Shown here: positions 38,409 through 52,614 of the stretch, one piece after another
How the letters are laid out: the number at the start of each line of letters is the position of its first letter
How positions within the stretch are numbered: position 1 is the first letter of the stretch
Origin: Ylistrum balloti
Lineage: Eukaryota
Direction: 5' to 3'
DNA length: 64,000 nucleotides
Assembly: GCF_031769215.1 (NCBI RefSeq)
Contig: NW_026781973.1
Location: 372,001-436,000, forward strand
The notes under the pieces: generated by a model
Seen by the model: the letters and a program-made list of their open reading frames with translations, nothing else
Databases searched by the model: none
What the model was told of the DNA's origin: nothing
Program-made: the position numbers and the translations under genes

Positions 38409-41087
38409 TAACACCCTGAATGTTAAACCTAGGAAGCGACTGATGAGGAAAAGTGATCGAACTTTATGTCAAAATCTTGATGGGGAGGTGAACTAGCCCC
38501 GTAATTCAATAAATTTCGTGATTTCTATCTAATTCATGTGATCATTTCAAAAGAACATCAAGTTGACGTATAAATTCTTATCATAACGTACATTACGACA
38601 GTTTTGTTTATTGATGTTTTTTTTAAACATGTAAGGACGCCATGTTCCTATTTAAATGCCATATGTAAGCCCAATTTCCACATGTGACAACACAAAATTT
38701 CGAAAAACAGATTGATTTATCTCCCTTCCCACATGTAAACTATGTCCGCTGACTGAAAAAAAATCTACGGCTCATCAAGCCTTTCAAAAGTATATACTGA
38801 TATCATTCTTAGTGTATTCATGTCTAATCTATTTATATGGTATCTATACACAACATAGATAACAATACAACATAAATAACAATACAACATAAATAACAAT
38901 ACAACATAAATAACATGAAAACAATAAGAATTACTATATAATTGATCAACATTTGACACGCCGTAGAAATCACGGATCAAAGCGATTGCACCTCTATATA
39001 CAACGCTCATTTGTAGTTCAACAGAGACGACGATAAGGTTTCCTTTGTACAATGGAAACTTCGATGAAACTTCTGTTGAGAGGAGTGAGCTCACAAGGAA
39101 ATCAACCAACAACCGATTATAAGAGTTGTAGCAAAATTTGAAAACTACATGATTCTGTTTGTCATTTGTGAAAACATAATGAGGAGGAGAGAGACGGGAG
39201 GGGGTGTGAGTATTTCATATACATCAAAAAAATGTCCTGTGGTCGGAATGTCGTACCTATTACATCTGTGACATAACTAGTCTTAAAGATAAACGATATA
39301 TTATCTAAATAAGCTTCAACATAATAATAACCCAAACTCACATTCTAGTAAGTGTCACATTGTCGAATGATTACAATCATGATGATGAAAATAGGTCCTT
39401 AAACATTGAATCTGCGATATGTAAACACCTAAGGTTGGGAATGCGGGGGTGTTGCTATCCAGAAATAGAAAATTCACAATAGGGAAATGGAAATCATCAC
39501 GCTTATCATACAGCTTCGTGGAAAGCTGTACATGTTTGTTGGGTCTGTAGGATGGAGATGGTCAATAAATTTCTTTTTATTTAATTTATCGCGCAAGCTT
39601 ACTTCTTATTTGCATACAGTAAATGTTTTATTGTTTGCATACAAGGATCAACTTATTGAACGCCTTATCTGTAGACACAATAACACACCTGTCATGCAAA
39701 TCTTGAAGTGTTGATTTAACACCAGGATCGCAGAAGGCAAGAATAGATATCGTTTTATGAAAGTAACACTATTAAGGGTCCACAGGCAATGGAGGCAAAC
39801 TGTATTTCAGATTTTTTAAATGTATTTCACAAACATCGAGACATTCCATTCTGATCTCCCAAATCAGAGTTACTGCCCTTAGTTTTACTCTGTCAGATGG
39901 TATAGCTATAAGCTTGACAGTCGATGGGGGCAGACATACATAACACTGTTACACGGATGGAATAGAAGGGCTTTTGTATATTCTGAGTGTTCGGAACGAG
40001 TAAACACACACAAATATTTTCCGTGTTTTTCAGCTTTGACACATTTGTAAAACATCCAACAACAAACAACAAACACTTCCAAGCAGAGTAAATAGTCATT
40101 AACTTTTGAAATTACTTCACTATGACGAATGACATACCGACCGTAACCATCCTGGTTACATGTATTTTGTGTACTATTACTGTTTTGAAGCCATCCGTGT
40201 TGAAGTTGAGTTGAGAGAACAACAGTTTAGATATTACTTTGAGAAACGTTTGGTTAAAGTCACTTCATAAATTCATTCTGTACGATGGAACCTTGCCAAG
40301 CTTTAAATTAAAAAGCCAGTAGAAATCTTCAGACGTGTAGTTAACAGGACAGTGTTCCCTTCTCAATCTGCCAGTCCTTATGACCCTTTCGTGCTCTTTA
40401 TGGCCTCTATAACATTTCTTTGTTTTATAAGAGTAATGAATTCTATATGGCTAGAGGAGTTAGATATACCGAGAGATAAATTAACCTTTCTTAAATGAAT
40501 TCGTTATTTTCTTTGTACATTAAAATTTTTCAGCCTTACAATCTGTGAATGTGTTTATCATTAGAAATTGGTCACTGTGCCACGCCGAAGACTTTTGATT
40601 GTATCACATGCTCTAAATAACAGGTCCGACAGAAGTTTCAATTTTATGTGAGATTTCAGAAATGAGTCTCACCTTTACATAACACACATGAAAGGAAAGG
40701 AATTTAATGTTCTGTTTATCACATCATTTTTGCAGGCATTCGGAAAAACAGCTTTCTATTAGATCGATATAAAATCTAATTTGAGGTTTGTTTAGCTTTG
40801 GTAACGCCATAATAAGCAGGGAAGTTATGACGTCACACTTGAAAAAAACATATCCCCAAACCGAAAGCCCTATCGTGTCCATCTTTATTATGATGTAGAC
40901 AACAGGTGTGTTGATTTGCAAATGATGACCACAGGTAAGATATATTATTTCAGGGTATGTATCTTATTCACGTATTAAATAACAGAAGGACTTGTATAAT
41001 TATGTAATAATGTAGTATGTCAATATCATGTTACTGGTAAAATTTTAGCGCGATGGACCTTCTGAACGCCCCGTATGAGGATCTTAC

Positions 41088-41136
41088 CTGTAAAATGTAG
41101 ACTGGTATCCGTGACGTCATCGTTGACTAGGGCCAC
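41088..41136 (-). pseudogene. Degenerate caveolin variable-type exon upstream of core C
   Basis: VALVNDDVTDTSLH(+1 nt)LQ then cag|gtaaga; 8/16 identity to V3; one extra T in a 4-T run. Confidence 0.5.
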
Positions 41137-43244
41137 GTCACAATACTAAAGATATTTGTTACGGTTAGATTCATATCAGAATATCTTAGTGATTAAAGAT
41201 ATTACACACAGTAGGAATCTGACAAGTAAAGCAATCGGTGTCATGTGGATGATTAATGTGTTAGCATCAGATCTAAATATCATGATGGCTTAATCAATGT
41301 TATACTGTGAACAAACTGCAGGCTGTTCCATTTTATTGTCGGATATAAGTGTAAAAATGTATTATAGGATGGAGAGAACTTTTATATAGACATAAGCTAG
41401 ATGTTCAATCCGATTGCTTGCCAATATTTGCTGAAATATAATGAAAATTGTCCTTTATCATGATTATAATCCCATACCAGGTTTGCAACAATTCACCAAA
41501 CACGTTCGGACAAGAGACCAGTATACTTATATTGATAAATGACTTCCATTTATTGATTTGTGAATTTAAAAGTTGGTGCGTGTGCCCTCAAAAGCTTACC
41601 AGGAGTTTTATAATTTTGATTTTGAATGTGTTGATAACATTGTAGAGTCGTCTTGTAATTTCTGTCTCGGCACATGTGTTCTGTAAACTAGCAACACGAG
41701 TTTCACATTATATTAACCTACGTGATATAGCGGATATATGTTTCTATCTATTGTGAAGGTTTTGAATACACGATCTTGTCTCTTTACAAGAAAAGGATTC
41801 TGTAATGCAATATTTATCACGTTAATACGACAGTCTAAATATCAGAAGACAACATACGTGTTGAGTTGTGTGTTGTGAGGAGGCTCGCTTGCAAGGTGCT
41901 ACCTTGGGTGAGAGGTGTTTGGGAAACTTTGGCTATCGCCATTACCGTGCCTGAAATATATCAGGCAGTGGTGGGGGTCTTCTTTTTCAGTAAAGACACA
42001 ATTGGTAATTGAATAATTTTAATAAACGATATGGAGTTAATGAATTTTCGAAACAATTACACATGATAACAGGCTGGTCATAAATTAGAAAGCTTTGGTA
42101 TCACTCACCGTGTAATATACCGATGTTTTCCTTTTCATCATATGAGGTCCTTAAAGAATACATGTATAGAAAACACTAAGGGTTTTTGTAAGATCTATAT
42201 AGGACGAACCCCATTACCTATTCTAATGTACAAAGGTTCATGATAAGAGAGAAAGTTCTACATTTCTATTACTGAGAAAATCTATGTATACATTATGTAC
42301 CTAAGATTCTATCGGATTGCTGCGAAAGTCATTAAGTAAATTTTATCTTCTGTTGAATAACGTGCAAAAGTTATTGTGAAATATTTCCTATTCAATCAAA
42401 ACAATATATATGACGTATTACATGCATTGATCTATGTTATCATCCTATCTCATGTTATGTATTTTAATGTTTCTTAGGAAACCAAACCAAGTGAAACAAA
42501 CGGAAGATTTTCTGCTAATAAAACGCACACATTGTATTTAACCAGACTTAAATGTATTTATTTTTCGATAGATTGTTAACAATAACAGCGTATCTAGGAT
42601 ATCAACGACAAGTCACGTGTGAGACAACAGAGAGTTTACATTTGCAAGATACGAAGTACTTTCTTCAGTGTTGTTGTTGTTGTTTTTTATCTGGCTTGAA
42701 AGAGAGTATTAAACCTACTTAATGGAATCCAGATATACAAGTGTTATAGGCGTGTAACATAATGAATGTCTACATCATGTTATATGTTTTGGAGAGAGAG
42801 AATCGTCCTTCGTATAGAATCGAAGTTGAAGGTATTGCGTTTTCTCTGTCCATGTTTGCATGATTTATATTGACGTTGCATGAATGAATATTTTGTAACC
42901 TGGTAAGTCCTGTTTAGATACAAGTATTCTGTTCTATCATTACTAAATATCTGAATTATGGTACTAATGCACCTCCCTGTCTAGAGTTTGACATCAGTGA
43001 CAAGTCCTTCAATGACGAAACATAATGCAGTTTTATTCATTCCTTAGCTCGACAGTATCTAACTCTAATTTGTGTGTCGTGTTTGCAATCATCTGGAAAC
43101 AACAGCAATCACTCTTTAACCTAGACTTTATAAAAGACAGACAAAGTCGTGTTTAGTGTAACTTGTGAACGTATAAGTTTGTAAACACATAATTTAGGAA
43201 CACTAGTTTTATTGACTGTCCTCATTGAGTGAACAACGATATTG

Positions 43245-43589
43245 TCACCCTTTGCTTCCACTGTGCTGGATGGAGATGTTGGAAAACATGAGACCACAAG
43301 TCTCGCAAAGTGGCGCGAGAATACAACCAACGAGATTTCCGACACACTTCTGCAAGGCGCTACAGTTGATGACAAAGAGTTTCAACGCAGGAGTCAAACA
43401 CCAGACATGTTCAAACGCCACACACGCGAACTGGAATCCCCAGAAAAAGGCTGCACAGAGTCCACAGAAAACAGCCAGGAAGTTATAGCAACAGTTCTTA
43501 CTGCATGAAAAGCATTGCTGTGAGGTTTCCCAGACACAGTCGAAACTCTGGGTTCCATCGCTTTCCGCAAACACATCTTCAAAGTCAGC
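43245..43589 (-). CDS. CAV: Caveolin D, terminal core exon (114 aa + stop)
   Basis: Acceptor ttttctag (43590), ADFEDVFAESDGTQSFDCVWETSQQ...HVWCLTP...APLCETCGLMFSNISIQHSGSKG*. Confidence 0.95.
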   Translation of the reverse strand, partial: ADFEDVFAESDGTQSFDCVWETSQQCFSCSKNCCYNFLAVFCGLCAAFFWGFQFACVAFEHVWCLTPALKLFVINCSALQKCVGNLVGCILAPLCETCGLMFSNISIQHSGSKG

Positions 43590-43939
43590 CTAGAAAAGAG
43601 CACCAATATATCGCTAATGATATCACATTTACGTAAATCTTCCATAAAGCTTACTTACAGTGGATTCATCACGTTTAGTTTACACAGACAAAGCATGTTA
43701 CATTGCAGTGTACCTAAAACATATCTCAAATCAAAATAAATATATAGAAAGCAATTTGCAAGATCAGCTACTTTGACAAACCTTAGGAATCAGTCGTGAC
43801 AACGACATCATTGCTACACATTCTATTTCCGTGTTGGACATGAAGTTCTATGTATTTGTGTGCCTGGTGGCTCCGTTGCTCTTTCCTTATTCTCACCTGA
43901 GAACGTAATCTGATTTATTTGGAGTGACCAAGGCTCGCA

Positions 43940-44210
43940 TGTTTTCGACGATGAAGCAGAAGACACTTACTCTTCGGGAATAAATGGTCTTATTCTCTTG
44001 TATCATTTCAGATGTCTCCATGTGAATCCATCTTTTGTTCTTATTTTGCACTCGTGTCATCGAATTTCAGTTTGAATTCAGATTATGTTGATATAAGTAT
44101 TTCTGTCTTGCTTTTAATTTATCATAAGTCGACAGTGAAGCAGAAGACACTTATCCTTCCGAAACACCTGGTCTTATTCTCCTTTTTCATGAGTCTTTAC
44201 GTCTTTATTT
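43940..44210 (+). mobile_element. Two adjacent copies of the dispersed repeat (probable Penelope-like 3' UTR)
   Basis: gatgaagcagaagacacttactcttcgggaa (~43950) and gtgaagcagaagacacttatccttccgaaacacctgg (~44135). Confidence 0.55.
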
Positions 44211-44989
44211 TGACGATGTTTATTCCCTATTTTAGTTTGAATAAAGATTCTGTTGACATGTCGATATTTTCTTTCTTCATTTTGAATTATACAAATTATC
44301 TAAACAAGATAAGTAGTATCAAAAGACGTCGTACAGGATGACTATTATATACATAATCGATCAGAACTGTTACATGTATGTAAAGAGGAAGACACAATAC
44401 AGCCTATACATGATAATGTTAATTAGACGTACATTTTAAGCGTATGTCAATATTTCTGCTATCATTTTATAATAATAAAATAAGAAAAAAATAGGATGAA
44501 TCAACATTTACGTACAGATAGCTTTATTACAGTGGATGTTTACGATACGCTTACTAAACATACTTATGTACACTTAAGTTTCTAGACGCTCGCTAACATG
44601 TGTAAGGGTTGGTTTAATCGGATATCTACTGTAGGCGACTGAGTGAGTTAATAGTTTGTAAGATTGTTGAGTGGTCTGTACTTATGTTGATTGAGAGCTG
44701 TATATTTACGATATAAACTTCATTCGGGGTTTTGTTTGACTTCAGTTGTGGGTATCGGAGAGCTGAATGGTGATTTTTGGTGTGTAGGTGGTGTATATTG
44801 TTTGGGCGGATATAAATGCACGTACTTTTCATGTATCAGGCAGAGAGTGCACACGAAGCAATAGTCCTGCCGCTAACTCTCTCGCCTTTCCACAGTGTCC
44901 CGGGTAGGAAACATGTAAAATGATAGGGCATTGTAAATAGCGGAGTACAGATATATTGTAAATAAACTACCTATCACAGACGTATAACC

Positions 44990-47732
44990 TCTCACTGTTA
45001 CAGTTGATACAATCTCGCTAACTCACATTTGTATCAACTCTCGCTAACACAGTTGATACAATCACGCTAACTCACAGTGGTATCAACTCTCACTAACACA
45101 GGTGATACAACTCTCGCTAACACAGTTGATACAAACTCGCCAACACAGTTGATACAATCTCGCTAACACAGTTGATACAATCTCGCTAACACATTTGTAT
45201 CAACTCTCGTTAACACAGTTGACACAGACTCGCTAACGCACATTTGTATCATCTCTCGCTAACACAGTTGATACAATCTCGCTAACACAATTGTATCAAC
45301 TCTCGCTAACACAGTTGATACAATCTCGCTAACACAGTTGATACAATCTCGCTAACACAGTTGATACAAAATCCCTTACTCACATTTGTATCATCTCTCG
45401 CTAACACAGATGATACAAACGCGCTAACTCACATTTGTATCAACTCTCGTTAACACAGTTGATACAAACGCGCTAACTCACATTTGTATCAACTCTCGCT
45501 AACACAGTTGATACAATCTCGCTAACACAGTTGATACAAACTCCCTAACTCACATTTGTATCATCTCTCGCTAACACAGTTGGTACAATCTTGCTTACTC
45601 ACATTTCTATTAACTCTCGCTAACACAGTTGATACAATCTCGCTAACTCACATTTGTATCAACTCTCGTTATCATAGTTGGCACAGACTCGCTAACTCAC
45701 ATTTGTATCATCTCTCGCTAACACAGTTGATACAAACTCGCTAACTCACATTTGTATCAACTCTCGCTAACACAGTTGATACAAACGCGCTAACTCACAT
45801 TTGTATCAACTCTCGCTAACACAGTTGAAACAATCTCGCTAACACAGTTGTATCAACTCTCGCTAACACAGTTGATACAAACTCGATACAACTCTCGCTA
45901 TCGCTAACTCACATTTGTATCAACTCTCGCTAACACAGTTGATACAAACGCGCTAACTCACATTTGTATCAACTCTCGCTAACACAGTTGATACAAACGC
46001 GCTAACTCACATTTGTATCAACTCTCGCTAACACAGTTGATACAAACTAACGCACATTTGTATCAACTCTCGTTAACACAGTTGATACAAACGCGCTAAC
46101 ACAGTTGTATCAACTCTCGCTAACACAGTTGATACAATCTCGCTAACACAGTTGATACAAACGCGCTAACTCACATTTGTATCAACTCTCGCTAACACAG
46201 TTGATACAAACTCGCTAACTCACATTTGTATCAACTCTCGCTAACACAGTTGATACAAACGCGCTAACTCACATTTGTATCAACTCTCGCTAACACAGTT
46301 GATACAAACTCGCTAACTCACATTTGTATCAACTCTCGCTAACACAGTTGATACAAACGCGCTAACTCACATTTGTATCAACTCTCGCTAACACAGTTGA
46401 CACAGACTCGCTAACGCACATTTGTATCAACTCTCGTTAACACAGTTGATACAAACGCGCTAACTCACATTTGTATCAACTCTCGCTAACACAGTTGATA
46501 CAAACTCGCTAACTCACATTTGTATCAACTCTCGCTAACACAGTTGATACAAACGCGCTAACTCACATTTGTATCATCTCTCGCTAACACAGATGATACA
46601 AACGCGCTAACTCACATTTGTATCAACTCTCGCTAACACAGTTGTACAATCTCGCTAACACAGTTGAACACACACATTTGTATACTCGCTAACACAGTTG
46701 ATACAAACGCGCTAACTCACATTTGTATCAACTCTCGCTAACACAGTTGATACAAACTCGCTAACTCACATTTGTATCAACTCTCGTTAACACAGTTGAC
46801 ACAGACTCGCTAACGCACATTTGTATCAACTCTCGTTAACACAGTTGATACAAACTCGCTAACTCACATTTGTATCAACTCTCGTTAACACAGTTGACAC
46901 CGACTCGCTAACTCACATTTGTATCAACTCTCGTTAACACAGTTGATACAAACGCGCTAACTCACATTTGTATCAACTCTCGCTAACACAGTTGATACAA
47001 ACTCGCTAACTCACATTTGTATCAACTCTCGCTAACACAGTTGATACAAACTCGCTAACTCACATTTGTATCAACTCTCGTTAACACAGTTGACACAGAC
47101 TCGCTAACTCACATTTGTATCATCTCTCGCTAACACAGTTGACACAGACTCGCTAACTCACATTTGTGTCACCTCTCGCTAACTCACATTTGTATGAACT
47201 CTCGCTAACACAGTTGATACAAACTCGCTAACTCACATTTGTATCAACTCTCGTTAACACAGTTGACACAGACTCGCTAACTCACATTTGTATCAACTCT
47301 CGCTAACACAGTTGATACAATCTCGCTAACACAGTTGATACAATCTCGCCAACACAGTTGATTCAAACTCGCCACCACAGTTGATACAATCTCGCTAACA
47401 CAGTTGATACAAACTCCCTAACTCACATTTGTATCATCTCTCGCTAACACAGTTGATACTCGCTAACTCACATTTGTATCAATCTCTCTAACACAGTTGA
47501 TACAAACGCGCTAACACAGTTGATACAAACGCGCTAACTCACATTTGTATCAACTCTCGCTAACACAGTTGATACAAACGCGCTAACTCACATTTGTATC
47601 AACTCTCGCTAACACAGTTGACACAGACTCGCTAACTCACATTTGTGTCACCTCTCGCTAACTCACATTTGTATGAACTCTCGCTAACACAGTTGATACA
47701 AACTCGCTAACTCACATTTGTATCAACTCTCA
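44990..47732. repeat. ~23/49-bp composite minisatellite with internal inverted repeat
   Basis: Subunits ctcgctaacacagttgatacaaa and ctcgctaactcacatttgtatcaact. Confidence 0.93.
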
Positions 47733-47849
47733 TGTTAAACAGCTAACAGTCTAACAGAATGACCGTAAACTCTCGCAAACACGCTTTAAAAAAGATCATT
47801 TTAGTTGGTAGTACTGTGTGTATTTAATCATTTATCCACCACCTGAAAC

Positions 47850-48830
47850 ATACTCCTAACCTTACCGTTAACTCATGTTTAGTAGGACTATTACTGAGTA
47901 TACTGCTAACCTTACCGTTTACTCCTGTTTAGTAATGAGTATACTGCTAACCTTACCGTTTACTCCGTTTAGTAATGAGTATACTGCTAACCTTACCGTT
48001 TACTCCTGTTTAGTAATGAGTATACTGCTAACCTTACCGTTTACTCCTGTTTAGTAATGAGTATACTGCTAACCTTACCGTTTACTTCTGTTTAGTAAGA
48101 CTATTACTGAGTATACTGCTAACCTTACCGTTTACTCCTATTTATTAATGAGTATACTGCTAACCTTACCGTTTACTCCTGTTTAGTAATGAGTATACTG
48201 CTAACCTTACCGTTTACTCCTGTTTATTAAGACTATTACTGAGTATACTGCTAAACTTACCGTTTACTCCTGTTTAGTAAGACTATTACTGAGTATAATG
48301 CTAACCTTACCGTTTACTACTGTTTAGTAATGAGTATACTGCTAATCTTACCGTTTACTCCTGTTTATTAATGAGTATACTGCTAACCTTACCGTTTACT
48401 ACTGTTTAGTAAGTATACTGCTAACCTCACCGTTTACTCCTGTTTAGTAATGAGTATACTGCTAACCTTACCGTTTACTCCTTTTTAGTAAGTATACTGC
48501 TAACCTTACCGTTTACTCCTGTTTAGTAAGTATACTGCTAACCTCACCGTTTACTCCTGTTTAGTAATGAGTATACTGCTAACCTTACCGTTTACTCCTG
48601 TTTAGTAAGTATACTGCTAACCTTACCGTTTACTCCTGTTTAGTAAGTATACTGCTAACCTTACCATTTACTCCTGTTTAGTAAGTATACTGCTAACCTT
48701 ACCGTTTACTACTGTTTAGTAATGAGTATACTGCTAACCTTACCGTTTACTCATGTTTAGTAAGACCATTACTGAGTATACTGCTAACCTTACCGTTCAC
48801 TTCTGTTTAGTAAGACCATTACTGACTATA
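47850..48830. repeat. ~41-bp minisatellite (38-51 bp variants)
   Basis: Unit gagtatactgctaaccttaccgtttactcctgtttagtaat. Confidence 0.93.
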
Positions 48831-49398
48831 CTGCGTCTGTTTGTATATATTTTTCTGACACTATATATGACTGAAACTTTTATGATACCGATAACTGATA
48901 CAATGTAGAAGAACCAAATCACATCGACTGTTGCTATGTCTAAATCTATGAATCCAGTTATTACTGATAATCTGATATCATATATAAAAAAGTGACGCCC
49001 AGTACTGCTAAAACAAGAAACATTATAATGATGCTATTGGTTTTAGATAGTAGTGGTTCTAGTATTCTCAATCTTATAATTTATTTTTATAATATAAAAC
49101 TGCCATGATTCTAAAAATGTTAATGATTGGTAACGCCACACACCATATATTTCTCTGTAGATATGTCTGAAGTAAATGTTTTGTGAAAATTTTAATTCCT
49201 GTATTGAGAATGAAAATGTTAAATACATGTAGTATGTCGTGCATTTAACCAGACCAGACATTACTATATGTATTATTTTTACATGCTATATGCGTATCTC
49301 ATCAATGTACATTTTATATTTCTTAAATGTTCGAAACTTTGATAAAATATACTTTATCTATGTTATCTATTGTTTTCTATAACTGCGGTTGACCTCAC

Positions 49399-49455
49399 CT
49401 GTACGTGGATGTTGATGCCGTTTGGATCTCTGTCTTGTTTGGGATGATGGTTCAT
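49399..49455 (-). CDS. CAV: Caveolin D first coding exon (19 aa)
   Basis: MNHHPKQDRDPNGINIHVQ; donor cag|gtgagg, phase 0; paralog of 34900-34953. Confidence 0.9.
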
Positions 49456-49949
49456 GATGGTTCACAATGTTAGCTGTTTATATAAATATCCTGTTTCTAA
49501 GGTAGGAGTGAACAGTCCTTGGAAGATGTGATGGTGTGGACAACCTTTGCAGTGTGTAGTCTACCCGAGCAGGTAAGCTCAAATTGACTTAAATGTTGAT
49601 AACAATTCCGAGAAGAATGCTACCTATGCTGCCCTGCTTTTATGGGGGAACATAAATTTACAGGCGACAAATCTAGGTAATCATAGTGTCACACCTTACA
49701 GGTAAAAGAACGAGCAATCGTCTCAGCACAGGGACCTGAGAACTTGATACACGTGTATTTAAACTTAGCCCGAAATTCTCATGTCCCTAATTTACCTATC
49801 ATCGAGATTTCCCAATCACAGCTACACTCCCCTTTACATAAAGGTATAGTAACTATCACTAGCGATTTATTGGAAGCCGAAACTAGTGACCTTGATAGAA
49901 TAGTATTAAATTTTGTTGGAAAATCAGTTTACATATGTATCTTCATTGA

Positions 49950-50285
49950 CAATTTTCTCCCAAAATTTCCACTGATATTCATTTCGTCAAACATTTCCAC
50001 TGACATATTCTTTTCGTCAAAAATTTCCATTGAAAAAATCTTTCGCTCAGAATATTTCCATTGACAAACGTTTTTCCATCCAAAACTTTTATTGACTTTT
50101 CAACGAAATGATTTCGCACTAATTTTCCATTTATAAAAAAACTTTTTTTTACAATATTTCCATCGACAATTTTTTCTCTCACAAAATTGTTTTATTGACA
50201 AAAAACGCTTTCGCCCAAAATTACCATTGATATTTTTTTCGTCCAAAACTATTTTCATTGGTAAAATCTGGTCTCCAAACATTCC
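49950..50285. repeat. Degenerate ~30-bp repeat
   Basis: Recurring tttcgtcaaa and tttccattga motifs. Confidence 0.55.
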
Positions 50286-52614
50286 TGTTGGCAATTCTTT
50301 TTCAAAATAGGTATACTGTGTAATTATAGTCAGTTGACATGACGTGTGTATAGTTGTCAGCTTTAGCTGTAATATCACACTAATCGATTTACCATCTGAT
50401 ACTGATGGAGTGAAACGAAGGGAAGTAACTCAGGGAAATCAGAATGTTTGGTATTGTTTTCTTCCATTCGGCGGTTCCTTTGTCATACGTCATTTCGTGA
50501 ATTTCAGATCAAGTAGGTAATTGCGTGTTTAATATATTAGCTTTACATGTGATTCAGGATGCATCACAGTACAAAAATGTTTACAAATCAATTTCTGTAT
50601 TGACTCATAATTCAGCCCACCGTACTATTATCATCCCTGCCGGACTGACAGGTCCTCCCTTCCAATGACACAGCGCCAATCCCTAATGTTTAGGCATGTA
50701 TTAGCTGTATTGATTGAACAAGCAATAAATCAAAAGGATTTCGGGAGAGATAACAACATAAAATTGGACGGTGCCGCATAAAGTTTAGAATAAATAAATC
50801 CGTCAACATTTCTTGTTAAGAAATAAATTGTATGTTCTTACAAACGTGGCGTCTTTTGACCCTAAAGATAAGATCGGACGACTAAGTATACCTCTACAAG
50901 TGCCCACACTGACATTGTACTTTTGTACATTACTAGGTAGGCTAGAAGGCAAGTAATTCGAAAGTCATACTGATATAAAATCGGTATGTGGAATATGCGA
51001 TCAATCCGTCCATTCGTCCGTTCTCTCACCCGCCCGCAAGTCAATCCATTCATCGACATATTCTCGGCCCCACCTGCTGTCAAGCTTATCGTTATAGCTG
51101 AAGGGCAGTAACTCTGACATATCAGAATAATCCACCCATCCATTCACCCACCCATTTATGCATGCCGCTATCAGTTCGTCCGTCCGTCCGTCTGTCCACA
51201 CAACAACCTACCCACCCATCAATCCTTACATATGTCGATATATTATTCTATACTTTTTCTCGGTCATTAAGTTGTTTTCTACAGAGACCTATATTTCCTT
51301 AGGATTTGGGTTGGATAGAGAAATATCGGCCATGTGGGAGAAATATACCAAGGGTACATAACCAATATAGAATGGCCAGTGTCTTTAAATTACCAACTGT
51401 ACTTTAGGTCGGGATTTAGTATTTCTATATCCTCCTACACTTCAGATTGAAATCCCCCCATCCCCTCTCTCCCATATCACCCCAAGGGGTCCCGATTATT
51501 TCGCAGATTGCGATTAAAGGGAAATAACTGTTGGGCTTTTAAAAACGCTTATGTACATCGCATAGCAGTGTAAAATCTGGCGTGCGAGAGGTGTGTATAC
51601 ATATATATATATATATAATTTGTGAAATAAGATACACTTAAAGTATTTGATTTAAAACTCGATGAAATGAATAAGTTAAAATCAAAAAATCACTACAAAG
51701 CTTAAGTATACACAGTTTAATTATGACACGAATAACACATAGATGTACGCTGTATTATTAGAACGTATTTGTCATAAGTCCGAAAATACCTCTGACACAC
51801 ATCTTGTTGCACTGGTCAAAATTAGTCATCTTCAACATGACACCTGATCAATATTTACATATCGCCGCACAGGTAAACACGGTATTTATATTACCGTTAT
51901 TTAAACAACAAAATAAATAGATATGTAAATATATGTTATACAGGTTCCGTGATATCTCCACCATTTATTACAATAGACATCAGTTTCTGCATTTGAAAAC
52001 AATTTAAACCATCAAAATCGTCGAAAATTTCTGGAGTAAATGACACACATCAAGAAACAATAAACTGTGGCAACATTAGATACGAATAAGTTGCTTTTTA
52101 TTTATAAACATGCATTAAAATACTGACATTTCAAATGAAATTCATATAAAAAATGGATATTGGAGAAAAACATATGTTACAGGTAATCTCTGTATATACA
52201 CAAGCCAAGATCATCAACAATTAGAGACGTTTATGTTACATTAACAAGTAAAACAATATTATTTTAAATATTATCCTTTATTCTCCTCTCGGTATATCAA
52301 TAGTGTCGTCTCTACAATTAACAAAAATAACACGATCATTTAAATGTTTCTTTAGTGTCGCCCTGGGATTCCTGCAATGTTTCGTTTATACCAGTATTCC
52401 ATTAGTTATTTGTATCCAGGCGGTATTTTTAAAATTCAATGAAAGAGTTTTACTTCACACAAATTTCTTAAAAGCATCCCAACCATCGCGATGAGAGGTA
52501 AGTATTTTAATTTACGTCAGTTTAACGGTTTCGGAAGTGGTACAGTCCGGAAGTGGTATAGACCAGATGTGGCACTGCATTCGAGTTTTCCTTATGATAT
52601 TGATCATGGTCCCT

